From positions 1 to 30,726 of the forward strand of contig JAURLF010000150.1 of NCBI GenBank assembly GCA_030831375.1: DNA of 30,726 nt, written 5' to 3'. This stretch comes from Gaiellales bacterium. Its GTDB lineage: Bacteria > Actinomycetota > Thermoleophilia > Gaiellales > F1-60-MAGs149. Under the pieces are notes generated by a model, which worked only from the letters and a program-made list of their open reading frames with translations, was not told the origin of the DNA and ran no database searches. This document shows positions 1 to 8,670 of this stretch, in pieces. Each line of letters starts with the position of its first letter. Position 1 is the first letter of the stretch. A program made the translations under genes and the position numbers.

Positions 1-595
1 CGGGCGTCTGCGGCGTGGGGATGCCGTCCGTGTCCTCGACGTCGACGACCTCGGCGGTGTCGACGGCGACGATCGCGTGCAGCCCGCCGATCGGGTGCGC
101 GTACTGGTTGTCGTCGGGGTGCGGACGGTGCCACATCGGGGTCCAGATCAGCCGGCGGCCGTCGTCGAGGTGGCCGGGCACGTCGATCCCGAACGGCCAC
201 GTCTCCATGTGCACCTGCGCCGGGTCGTCGATGCCGCGCCGGCGCAGCCCCTCGATCACGCGCGGGTCGGAGCGCGCGGCCTCCAGGCAGGCGGCCGCCT
301 CCGGGCCGAGCATCGCCGCCTTCTGCCCGGGCTGGGGGTCCCAGCGGCGGACCGTGCCGTCGAGGCCGACCACGGACTCGATCAGGAGGCCCTGCGCGCG
401 GTCCCAGACGGTGATGCGGGCGGCGCGGTCGATCGGATCGCCGGGGGACCAGGCGGCGAGCGCCTCCTTCGTCGGCTCGTCGAGGAGGACGAACGCGAAC
501 AGGTGGTCGCGGGTCAGGTCCCGTTCGCGGCGGACGATGTCGATCGCGAGCCGCAGCTCGTCGGGGGACAGGGGATCGAGCGGGTGCGGCGCCAT
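1..595 (-). CDS. Copper-containing primary-amine oxidase, N-terminal ~198 aa (runs off the window's left edge)
   Basis: Manual translation from ATG at 595: MAPHPLDPLSPDELRLAIDIVRR...DEPTK...DPRVIEGLRRRGIDD...DNQYAHPIGGLHAIV. HPLDPL and DNxYAHPI are typical of Cu/TPQ amine oxidase N-terminal domains. The catalytic TPQ domain lies outside the window. Not in the ORF track. Confidence 0.85.
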   Translation of the reverse strand, partial: MAPHPLDPLSPDELRLAIDIVRRERDLTRDHLFAFVLLDEPTKEALAAWSPGDPIDRAARITVWDRAQGLLIESVVGLDGTVRRWDPQPGQKAAMLGPEAAACLEAARSDPRVIEGLRRRGIDDPAQVHMETWPFGIDVPGHLDDGRRLIWTPMWHRPHPDDNQYAHPIGGLHAIVAVDTAEVVDVEDTDGIPTPQTP

Positions 596-633
596 GGGCG
601 GAGTATGGCCGGGCCGCGGGCCGGCCGCACCGG

Positions 634-1728
634 TCAGAAGACGATCACCTGGCGTCCGGCCTCGCCGGAGCGGATCCGGTCGAAGGCCCGGTTGACGTCG
701 TCGAGCGTGATCCGCTCGATCATCGGCTCGAGCACGAGGTCGCCGGATTCGAGCCAGGCGATGATGCGGGGCCAGTCGCGGGAGGGCACGAACGAGCCGT
801 ACCAGGAGCCCGCGACCACCCGTTCGCCGACCACCACGTCGAGGGCCGGGAGGCCGGGTCGCTGGTCCGGCATCGCCATGCCGATCAGGGTGGCGCGGCC
901 GGCGGGGGCCGTCATCGCGATCGCCTGCTCGATCGTGGCGGTGGCTCCGAGCGCCTCGAAGGCGTGGTCGACGCCGCCGGTCAGCTCGAGCACGGCGGCG
1001 ACGGCGTCCTCGGCCGAGGCGTCGACCGCGTCGGTGGCGCCCAACTCCCGCGCCAGCGAGAGCTTCGCGGGATTCGCGTCGATGGCGATGACGCGGCCGG
1101 CTCCGGCGATCCGCGCCGCCTGGATCGCGCTCATGCCGACGCCGCCGGCCCCGATCACCGCGACGGTCTCGCCGGGCTGGACGCGGGCCGAGTTCATGAC
1201 CGCGCCGACGCCGGTGGTGACGGCGCAGCCGACGAGCGCGAGCTGCTCCCACGGCAGCTCGGTCACGACGGGCACGGCGCACGCGGCCGGCACGACCGAC
1301 CATTCGGAGAAGGTGGACGAGCAGTAGTGGCGGATCGTGCGACCGCCCTGGCTGAAGCGGCTCGTCCCGTCGGCCATCAGGCCCTGGAGGAACGACTCCT
1401 GGTCCTCGCACAGCGCCGGCAGGTCGCGCGCGCACATCCGGCACGAGCCGCACGGCGCGACCCAGGCCAGGACGACGCGGTCGCCGACTGCGACTCCCTC
1501 GACACCCGCTCCGATCGCGGCGACCTCGCCGGCGCCCTCGTGGCCGAGCAGCGAGGGCGTCGTGATCCCGTCGATGCCCGCCAGCGAGTGCACGTCGGAG
1601 CGGCAGACGCCGCTCGCGCCGAGCCGCACCAGGACCTCGCCGGGTCCCGGGTCGGCGACCTCGAGGTCGTCGACGACGGTGAGCGGGGCGTGCAGGCTCT
1701 CGGCGATGGCGGCGCGGCAGGTTCTCAT
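634..1728 (-). CDS. Zn-dependent alcohol dehydrogenase (MDR family, class III-like), 364 aa
   Basis: GVCRSD, GHEGAG, structural Zn CGSCRMC-x7-C, GCAV, GAGGVG with following acidic D (NAD-type). Start moved to ATG 1728, which lies 6 nt from a GACGAT -10-like hexamer. Confidence 0.92.
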   Translation of the reverse strand: MRTCRAAIAESLHAPLTVVDDLEVADPGPGEVLVRLGASGVCRSDVHSLAGIDGITTPSLLGHEGAGEVAAIGAGVEGVAVGDRVVLAWVAPCGSCRMCARDLPALCEDQESFLQGLMADGTSRFSQGGRTIRHYCSSTFSEWSVVPAACAVPVVTELPWEQLALVGCAVTTGVGAVMNSARVQPGETVAVIGAGGVGMSAIQAARIAGAGRVIAIDANPAKLSLARELGATDAVDASAEDAVAAVLELTGGVDHAFEALGATATIEQAIAMTAPAGRATLIGMAMPDQRPGLPALDVVVGERVVAGSWYGSFVPSRDWPRIIAWLESGDLVLEPMIERITLDDVNRAFDRIRSGEAGRQVIVF

Positions 1729-1734
1729 GCGCCG

Positions 1735-1768
1735 ATCGTCGCAGGTCCTGCGTGCACGTGCCACCTGC
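1735..1768 (-). promoter_or_regulatory. ADH promoter -10 (GACGAT, 1740-1735) with adjacent 28-bp imperfect palindrome
   Basis: GCAGGT-cctg-CGTGCACG-tgcc-ACCTGC at 1741-1768; outer arms and core share the same centre. Confidence 0.5.
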
Positions 1769-1781
1769 GGTGCGCCGTGAC

Positions 1782-1818
1782 CGCCCGCCGCGGAGGGAGG
1801 AGGCCCCCGCGGCGGGCG
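1782..1818 (-). terminator. GC-rich hairpin downstream of the MmpL gene, probable intrinsic terminator
   Basis: 12-bp perfect inverted repeat CGCCCGCCGCGG (1782-1793) / CCGCGGCGGGCG (1807-1818), 6 nt past the MmpL stop; no U-tract. Confidence 0.6.
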
Positions 1819-1824
1819 TCGCGC

Positions 1825-3948
1825 CTAGTGCCCGAACTTGACGTCGGGCAGGATCCGGTCGAGCCACTTGGGGAGGTACCAGGCGGCGCGGCCCGACAGG
1901 CGCAGCGCCACCGGCATCAGCAGCAGCCGGATCAGGAGGGCGTCGAGGAGGACCGCGACGCCCAGGATGATGCCCATCTCCTTCGGCGGGATGGGGCCGG
2001 AGATGGCGAACGTGAAGAACACCGCGACCATCACCGCGGCGGCGGCGAAGATCACGCGGCCCGAGTGCGCGACGCCGCCGATGGCGGCCTCCTTCGGGTC
2101 GTGCGAGCGGTCGTAGTGCTCCTTGGCCGAGGCCAGCAGGAAGACCGTGTAGTCCATGGAGATCGCGAAGATCATCGCGAAGAAGAACACCGGGCCCCAG
2201 GCGTTGAGGAAGCCCTGCGACTCGAAGCCGAGCAGGCCGGCGAGGTTGCCGTCCTGGAAGATCAGCTTCGCGACGCCGAACGCGGCGGCGACGGCGAGCA
2301 GGTTCGTGACGACGCCGATGGCGGCGATCAGCGGGGCCTGCAGCGCGACGAGCAGGAGCAGGAACCCGAGCACCAGCACGATCGCCATCACGATCGGGGT
2401 GGCGTCGCCGAGGGCGACCTCGAGGTCGTGGTTCTCGGCGGCCGCGCCGCCCACGAGGGCGCCGGTGGGCAGCGCGTCGCGCAGCCGGTCGATCGCGCCG
2501 CCGAGGGCGGGGTCCGACGGGTCGACGGCCGGGACGGCCTGGATCAGCACCCGGTCGCCCGAGGCGGACGGCATCGGGGGCATCACCGCCGCGATGCCCG
2601 GATCGGCGGACAGCGTCGACTCGACGGCCGCCTGGTCGGCCACGGGCGCGACGACCTGGAGCGCGCCGGGCGCGCCGGGCCCGAGGGCGGTCTGGATCGC
2701 CTCGTAGCCGATCCGCGAGGAGTCCTCCTCCGGCACGACCTTGATCGACGGCATGCCCGTGCGCAGGTCGAGCGCGGGGACCGCGAGGCCGAGCAGGATC
2801 ACGAGCGCGACGATGCCGGGGATGATCGGGCGGCGCCAGAGGAACGCGCCCCAGCGCTCGAAGAGCGGCGAGCGGTGCTCGCCGGCGTTGACCCAGGGCA
2901 GGGCGACCCGGTTGATGCGGGTGCCGAGCTTCGCCAGCACCACGGGCAGCAGGGTCAGCGTGGCGAGCAGGACGAAGATGACGCTGAGCATGATCCCGAG
3001 CGCCATCGAGCGGAACGCCGGGCTCGGCACCAGCATCACGGCCGACAGCGAGATCAGGACGGTGATGCCGCTGAACAGGACGGCCTTGCCGGCGGTGTCC
3101 ATGGCCACGCCCACGGCCTGGGCGGGGGTGAGCCCGCCGCCCATCAGCGCGGCGCGGAAGCGCACCACCAGAAACAGGGCGTAGTCGATGCCCAGCGCGA
3201 GTGCGAACATCAGCGCGAAGTTCATCGCCCAGATCGACACGTCGAAGACCTGCGCCGTGAGGTAGAGGCTGCCGGCGGTGGCCATCAGGCCGATGATCGT
3301 GAGCATCAGCGGCAGGCCCGCGGCCACGAGGCTGCCGAAGGCGAGCATCAGGATCGCGAGGGTGACGGGCCAGGAGTAGAGCTCGGACTTCATCATTGCG
3401 CTCTTGTTCGCCTCGTTGAAGTCGCTCCACATCCCGGGGGCGCCGGTCAGGGCGACGACGACCTGGTCGTCGCCGACGGCCCGGAGGTCGGCCTTGAGGC
3501 GGTCGGCGGCCCGCACCATCTCGGTCGGGCTGAGCGCGGCGCCGCCCTGGACGACGGCGGTGCGGCCGTCCTGGGAGATCGACATGCCGGGCTGGGGCGG
3601 GACGACGGTGGAGACGGCGGCGTCGCCTTCGAGGATGCCGGTGACGTCGGCGACGGCCTGCTGGTAGGCCGGGTCGTCGACGGTCAGGGTCTGGGACGTG
3701 AGGACGACCATCATCGCGCCGCCGCCGAGGCCCTGGAACTCGGACTGGACGACGTCGCGGGTCGCCACGGACTCGGAGCCCGTGGCCTCCCAGCCGGCGC
3801 CCGACAGCGCCTTCTCCGCCTGGGGGGCGAAGAAGCCGAGCGCGCCGGCGACGACGAGCCAGATCAGGGCGACGAGCTTGCGATGCGTCGCCGCCCACAG
3901 CCCGAGCCGGCCGATCGGGCCGAGCGCGGGAAGCGCCACGGCGCTCAC
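1825..3948 (-). CDS. MmpL-family (RND superfamily) transporter, 707 aa
   Basis: Two repeated membrane halves with GIDYALF and SMDYTVF Asp-Tyr pairs, HSGRVI, LDALLIRLLLMP. GTG start at 3948 overlaps the upstream TGA (GTGA). Confidence 0.92.
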   Translation of the reverse strand: MSAVALPALGPIGRLGLWAATHRKLVALIWLVVAGALGFFAPQAEKALSGAGWEATGSESVATRDVVQSEFQGLGGGAMMVVLTSQTLTVDDPAYQQAVADVTGILEGDAAVSTVVPPQPGMSISQDGRTAVVQGGAALSPTEMVRAADRLKADLRAVGDDQVVVALTGAPGMWSDFNEANKSAMMKSELYSWPVTLAILMLAFGSLVAAGLPLMLTIIGLMATAGSLYLTAQVFDVSIWAMNFALMFALALGIDYALFLVVRFRAALMGGGLTPAQAVGVAMDTAGKAVLFSGITVLISLSAVMLVPSPAFRSMALGIMLSVIFVLLATLTLLPVVLAKLGTRINRVALPWVNAGEHRSPLFERWGAFLWRRPIIPGIVALVILLGLAVPALDLRTGMPSIKVVPEEDSSRIGYEAIQTALGPGAPGALQVVAPVADQAAVESTLSADPGIAAVMPPMPSASGDRVLIQAVPAVDPSDPALGGAIDRLRDALPTGALVGGAAAENHDLEVALGDATPIVMAIVLVLGFLLLLVALQAPLIAAIGVVTNLLAVAAAFGVAKLIFQDGNLAGLLGFESQGFLNAWGPVFFFAMIFAISMDYTVFLLASAKEHYDRSHDPKEAAIGGVAHSGRVIFAAAAVMVAVFFTFAISGPIPPKEMGIILGVAVLLDALLIRLLLMPVALRLSGRAAWYLPKWLDRILPDVKFGH

Positions 3949-4193
3949 CGGGTGCACCCCGGCTCGACGCCGAAGACGCGGCGGATGACGAAGGCGGCGG
4001 GGCAGGAGCCGGCGGCCACGTACAGCCACTGGTTGAGGCCGACGAACGCGGTCAGGAGCAGGAACCACTCGGACACGAGGACGGCGAGCAGGACGCTGGC
4101 GATGACCATCGTGCCGGCGAGCGCGAACAGGACGCGCTCGAGCGGCCAGCGGCTCGTCTTCGCGGTGGGGGTGGACGGGGTGGCGACGGACAA
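3945..4193 (-). CDS. DUF2892/YgaP-like small membrane protein, 82 aa
   Basis: WPLERVLFALAG...WFLLLTAFVGLNQWLYVAAGSCP; two hydrophobic helices and a CP motif. TTG start at 4193 with GAGGAG 7 nt upstream. Confidence 0.8.
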   Translation of the reverse strand: MSVATPSTPTAKTSRWPLERVLFALAGTMVIASVLLAVLVSEWFLLLTAFVGLNQWLYVAAGSCPAAFVIRRVFGVEPGCTR

Positions 4194-4231
4194 GGGGCTT
4201 CTCCTCAACTGAACAACCAAATGGCTGTGAA

Positions 4232-4261
4232 GTTGTATCAGGAGGTCCGCTCGGCTGTCAA
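4232..4261 (-). promoter_or_regulatory. Candidate sigma-70 promoter for DUF2892-MmpL
   Basis: TTGACA (4261-4256), 18-nt spacer, TACAAC (4237-4232); the -10 is imperfect. Confidence 0.4.
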
Positions 4262-4270
4262 GCGCTCTCC

Positions 4271-4312
4271 TTGACGCGAGCCGGCCATGGCCCCTAGACT
4301 CTGAAATGTCAG
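4271..4312 (+). promoter_or_regulatory. Sigma-70/SigA-type promoter of soxBDAG
   Basis: TTGACG (4271-4276), 18 nt, TAGACT (4295-4300); CTGA-N4-TCAG repeat at 4301-4312; GGAGG at 4330-4334 before ATG 4340. Confidence 0.7.
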
Positions 4313-4339
4313 TGTGACGGCCACGCCCCGGAGGCGACC

Positions 4340-5563
4340 ATGGACCCCAACGAGCACGCCCTGCACAACGCCCCCTTCCTGTGGCGCTCGCCCGAGCCGA
4401 AGGCCTCCTACGAGGCGGTCGTCGTCGGCGGCGGCCTGCACGGCCTCGCCACCGCCTACTACCTGGCCAAGAACCACGGCATGACCGACATCGCCGTGGT
4501 CGAGCGCGGCTGGATCGGCAACGGCAACGCCGTCCGCAACACCACCATCATCCGCTCCAACTACCTATGGGACGAGAGCGCCGCGATGTACGAGCACGCG
4601 CTCAAGCTGTGGGAGGGCTGGACCGACGAGCTCGACTACGAGATCCTCTTCTCGCAGCGCGGCGTCCTCAACCTGGCCCACAACCTGCACGACGTGCGCG
4701 AGTCCGTCCGCCGCGTCGAGGCCAACCGCCTCAACGGCGTCGACGCCGAGTGGCTGGACGCCGACCAGGTCAGGGAGTTCTGCCCGATCATCGACGTGTC
4801 GCCCGACGCGCGCTACCCGGTGATGGGCGCGACCCTGCAGCGCCGCGCCGGCATCGCCCGCCACGACGCCGTCATCTTCGCCCTCGGCCGCGCCTGCGAC
4901 GCCCTCGGCGTCGACATCATCCAGGGCTGCGAGGTCACCGGCATCGACGTCGTCGACGGCCGCGTCACGGGCCTGCAGACGTCGAAGGGCCGGATCGGCG
5001 CGGGCCGCGTCGGGCTGGTGGCCGCGGGCCGCACGAGCCTCCTGACCGCGATGGCGGGCTTCGACGTGCCGATCCAGTCGCACCCCCTGCAGGCCCTCGT
5101 CTCCGAGGTCTACGAGCAGGTCCTCAACTGCGTCGTCATGTCGAACGCGGTGCACGTCTACGTCTCCCAGGCCCACAAGGGCGAGCTCGTGATGGGCGCC
5201 GGCATCGACGCCTTCAACTCCTACGCCCAGCGCGGCGGCCTGCACGTGATCGAGGAGCAGATGGCGGCCGGCATGCAGCTGTTCCCGCACTTCTCCCGCG
5301 CGCGCGTCCTGCGCACCTGGGGCGGCATCGTCGACGTCTGCCCGGACGCCTCGCCGATCGTCGGGCTGACCCCCGTCGAGAACCTCTACGTCAACTGCGG
5401 CTGGGGCACGGGCGGCTTCAAGGCCACGCCCGGCTCCGGCTGGGTGATGGCGCACACGATCGCCACCGGCGAGCCGCACGAGCTCAACCGCCCCTTCTCC
5501 CTGACCCGCTTCGAGACGGGCGAGCTGATCGACGAGCACGGCGCCGCCGCGGTCGCCCACTAG
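4340..5563 (+). CDS. soxB: Heterotetrameric sarcosine oxidase beta subunit
   Basis: GGGLHG FAD motif, [75 protein letters not shown]-terminus. Confidence 0.95.
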   Translation: MDPNEHALHNAPFLWRSPEPKASYEAVVVGGGLHGLATAYYLAKNHGMTDIAVVERGWIGNGNAVRNTTIIRSNYLWDESAAMYEHALKLWEGWTDELDYEILFSQRGVLNLAHNLHDVRESVRRVEANRLNGVDAEWLDADQVREFCPIIDVSPDARYPVMGATLQRRAGIARHDAVIFALGRACDALGVDIIQGCEVTGIDVVDGRVTGLQTSKGRIGAGRVGLVAAGRTSLLTAMAGFDVPIQSHPLQALVSEVYEQVLNCVVMSNAVHVYVSQAHKGELVMGAGIDAFNSYAQRGGLHVIEEQMAAGMQLFPHFSRARVLRTWGGIVDVCPDASPIVGLTPVENLYVNCGWGTGGFKATPGSGWVMAHTIATGEPHELNRPFSLTRFETGELIDEHGAAAVAH

Positions 5564-5572
5564 GAGTCCCCC

Positions 5573-5851
5573 ATGTTCCAGATCCGCTGCCCCTACTGCG
5601 GCCCGCGCGACGAGCCGGAGTTCAAGTACGGCGGGCAGGCGCACGTCGCCTACCCCGCCGACCCCGAGGCCCTCTCCGACGAGGAGTGGGCGCGCTTTCT
5701 GTTCTTCCGGGACAACTCGAAGGGCCGCTACGCGGAGCGCTGGAACCACGCGGCGGGGTGTCGGCGCTGGTTCAACGTGGTCCGCGACACGGGCACGCAC
5801 GAGCTGGTCGGCTCGTACCGGGTCGGCGAGCAGCCGGAGGCGGCCCGATGA
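5573..5851 (+). CDS. soxD: Sarcosine oxidase delta subunit
   Basis: CPYCGPRDEPEF...ERWNHAAGCRRWFNVVRDT (Cys3His Zn ligands); AGGAG RBS at 5562. Confidence 0.95.
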   Translation: MFQIRCPYCGPRDEPEFKYGGQAHVAYPADPEALSDEEWARFLFFRDNSKGRYAERWNHAAGCRRWFNVVRDTGTHELVGSYRVGEQPEAAR

Positions 5852-8670
5852 GGCGCCTCCCCGACCGCGGCCGGGTCGATCACGACCAACGCGTCGCCTT
5901 CAGCTGGGACGGCCGCGCGGTCGAGGGCCTGCGCGGCGACACGCTCGCCTCGGCGCTGCTCGCGAGCGGCGTGCTCGTCCTCGGCTCGAGCGTCCTGATG
6001 TCGCGTCCGCGCGGCATCGTCGGTGACGGCGTCACGGACCCGCACGCCTTCGCGCAGGTCGGTGCCGGCGACCGCACCGAGCCCCTGATGCGCATGCACG
6101 AGGTCGAGGCGCACGACGGCCTCGTCGCCGAGAGCCGCCTGCACCAGGGCATCCTGCCGACGGGCCCCGACCCGGACCGCTTCGAGAAGCGCCACGCCCA
6201 CGCCGACGTCGTCGTCGCGGGCGCCGGCCCGGCCGGCCTCGCCGCCGCGCTCGCCGCGGCCGAGCAGGGTGCGCGCGTGATCCTCGCCGACGACCACCCG
6301 CAGCTCGGTGGCTCGCTGCTCGGCGAGGAGCTCCTGCTCGACGACCGCCCCGCCCACGAGTGGGCGCGCCACGTCGAGGACGCGCTGCGCGCGCACCCGG
6401 ACGTGCTCGTCCTGCCGCGCACCACCGTCGTCAACGTCGGCGACCAGGGCGCCGTCGCCCTCGTCGAGCGCGTCTCCGAGCACGTCGCGCCCGAGCACCG
6501 GCACGGCCGCGCGCTCCGGCGCCTGTGGCAGGTGCGCACGCGCGAGCTCGTGGTGGCCACGGGCGCGACCGAGCGCTCGCTGGTCTTCGCCGACAACGAC
6601 CGCCCCGGCGTGATGCTCGCCGGCGGCGTGCGCGGCCTGTTGCACCGCTACGGCCTCGTCCCCGAGCGCTGCGTGGTGTTCACGGCCAACGACTCCGCGT
6701 ACCGCACCGCGATCGACCTCGTGGGCGCCGGCGTCGAGGTGCCGTGCGTCGTCGACGTGCGCCCCGACCCGACGGGCCCGCTCGCCGAGCGCGCCCGCGC
6801 GCTCGGGATCGCGGTGCGCGCAGCCAGCGCCGTGATCGGCACCGACGGCGACGCGGAGGGCGCCCTCGCCGGCGTCCGCGTCGTCGCGCTCGACGGCGGC
6901 GCCGAGGAGGTCGTCGCCTGCGACGTGCTCGCCGTCTCCGGTGGCTGGGACCCCCTGATGGACCTCCACCACCACGTCGGCGGACGCGCCCGCTGGGACG
7001 CGGAGCGGCTCTGCTTCGTGCCCGACGGCACCGTGCCCGGCGTGCACCTGGCGGGCTCCGCAGCCGGCGTCTTCGGCACGGAGGCGTGCCGCCGCGACGG
7101 CCACCTCGTCGGCCTCGTCGCCGCCGAGGCCACGGGCCACGGCTCCGCCGCGGACGGCCCCGACGCGCCGGCCGCCCGGGACGCGGCGGAGGCGCCCCCG
7201 GCGGACTTCGTCGTCACGCCCGGCACCGATCCCGTCCACGCCTTCGTCGACCAGCACCGCGACGTCACCATCGCCGGCGTCGAGCGCGCGCTCGGCTCGG
7301 GCATCCGCCACGTCGAGCACCTCAAGCGCTACACGCTCGTCGGCACCGGCACCGAGCAGGGCCGCACCGCCAAGGTCAACGCGGGCCGCATGGCCGCCGA
7401 CCGCTTCGCGCTGCCGTTCGCGGAGGTCGGCGTCTCCAACGCCCGCCCGCCCGCGCAGCCCGTCACCTTCGGCGCCCTCGCGGGCCGCGCGCTCGGCGAG
7501 CGCTTCGACCCGGTCCGCACCACCTCGATCCACCCCTGGCACGTCGCCCACGGCGCCGTCTTCGAGGACGTCGGCCAGTGGAAGCGCCCGTGGTACTTCC
7601 CGCAGGCCGGCGAGGACATGGACGCGGCCGTGCTGCGCGAGTGCCGGGCCGTGCGCGAGGGCGTCGGCATGATGGACGCCTCGACGCTCGGCAAGATCGA
7701 CGTCAAGGGCGCCGACGCCGGCGAGTTCCTCGACCGCCTCTACACGGGCGTGATGAGCACCCTCAAGCCGGGCCGCGCCCGCTACGGCGTGATGTGCAAG
7801 GCGGACGGCATGGTGATGGACGACGGCGTGGTCCTGCGCCTCGCCGAGGACCGCTTCCTCGCGACCACGACCACGGGCGGCGCCGCCGGTGTGCTCGACT
7901 GGATGGAGGACTTCCTCCAGACCGAGTGGCCCGACCTCGACGTCTGGCTCACCTCCGTGACCGAGCAGTGGGCGACCGTGGCGATCGTCGGGCCGAAGGC
8001 GCGCGAGGTGATGGCCGCGCTCGCTCCGCAGCTCGACGTCAGGCAGGACGCCTTCAAGTTCATGCAGCTCGAGGAGGCCGTCGTCGCCGGCATCGAGGCG
8101 CGCGTCGCGCGGATCTCGTTCTCCGGCGAGCTGGCCTTCGAGATCAGCGTCCCGATGACGTGGGGCCTCGCCCTCTGGGAGGCCGTCTTCGCGGCCGGCC
8201 AGCCGTTCGGGATCACGCCGTACGGCACCGAGTCGATGCACGTCCTGCGCGCCGAGAAGGGCTACTTCATCGTCGGCCAGGAGACGGACGGCACCGTCAC
8301 GCCGCTCGACCTCGGCCTCGACTGGATGGTCGCCGACAAGGAGTTCGTCGGCCGCCGCAGCCTGCGCCGCTCCGACATGCTCCGCGACGACAGAAAGCAG
8401 CTCGTCGGCATCCTGCCGGCGGAGCGGCTGCCCGAGGGCGCCCAGCTCGTCGACGACGCCGACTTCGAGATCCCCGTGCCGATGATCGGGCACGTGACGT
8501 CCTCGTACGACAGCGCCGCCCTCGGCCGGCCTTTCGGCCTCGCGCTCGTGCGCCGCGGGCGCGACCGGATCGGCGAGACGATCTACGCGCCGCTGCAGCA
8601 CGGCACCGTGGCGGTGGAGATCGTCGACCCCGTGCTCTTCGACCAGGAGGGGGCCCGCCGCGATGGCTGA
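5848..8670 (+). CDS. soxA: Sarcosine oxidase alpha subunit, 940 aa
   Basis: GDTLASALLA..RPRGI, GAGPAG, DNDRPGVMLA, KRYT..GTG..QG, WKRPWYF, DASTLGKI, SFSGELAFEI, PYGTESMHVLRAEKG (GcvT-like half). True start is ATG 5848 in an ATGA overlap with the soxD stop. Confidence 0.95.
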   Translation: MRRLPDRGRVDHDQRVAFSWDGRAVEGLRGDTLASALLASGVLVLGSSVLMSRPRGIVGDGVTDPHAFAQVGAGDRTEPLMRMHEVEAHDGLVAESRLHQGILPTGPDPDRFEKRHAHADVVVAGAGPAGLAAALAAAEQGARVILADDHPQLGGSLLGEELLLDDRPAHEWARHVEDALRAHPDVLVLPRTTVVNVGDQGAVALVERVSEHVAPEHRHGRALRRLWQVRTRELVVATGATERSLVFADNDRPGVMLAGGVRGLLHRYGLVPERCVVFTANDSAYRTAIDLVGAGVEVPCVVDVRPDPTGPLAERARALGIAVRAASAVIGTDGDAEGALAGVRVVALDGGAEEVVACDVLAVSGGWDPLMDLHHHVGGRARWDAERLCFVPDGTVPGVHLAGSAAGVFGTEACRRDGHLVGLVAAEATGHGSAADGPDAPAARDAAEAPPADFVVTPGTDPVHAFVDQHRDVTIAGVERALGSGIRHVEHLKRYTLVGTGTEQGRTAKVNAGRMAADRFALPFAEVGVSNARPPAQPVTFGALAGRALGERFDPVRTTSIHPWHVAHGAVFEDVGQWKRPWYFPQAGEDMDAAVLRECRAVREGVGMMDASTLGKIDVKGADAGEFLDRLYTGVMSTLKPGRARYGVMCKADGMVMDDGVVLRLAEDRFLATTTTGGAAGVLDWMEDFLQTEWPDLDVWLTSVTEQWATVAIVGPKAREVMAALAPQLDVRQDAFKFMQLEEAVVAGIEARVARISFSGELAFEISVPMTWGLALWEAVFAAGQPFGITPYGTESMHVLRAEKGYFIVGQETDGTVTPLDLGLDWMVADKEFVGRRSLRRSDMLRDDRKQLVGILPAERLPEGAQLVDDADFEIPVPMIGHVTSSYDSAALGRPFGLALVRRGRDRIGETIYAPLQHGTVAVEIVDPVLFDQEGARRDG

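Noticed and set aside
964-4212. 1082-aa plus-strand ORF, and similar long ORFs (5728-9147, 6360-9125, 19166-22870, 16486-18894)
   Set aside because: Antisense or off-frame shadows of motif-bearing genes; Arg/Pro/Gly-rich with no family motifs, as expected at high GC.
4301-4339. Glycine or other riboswitch before soxB
   Set aside because: The predicted 5' UTR is only about 33 nt, too short, and has no recognisable aptamer.
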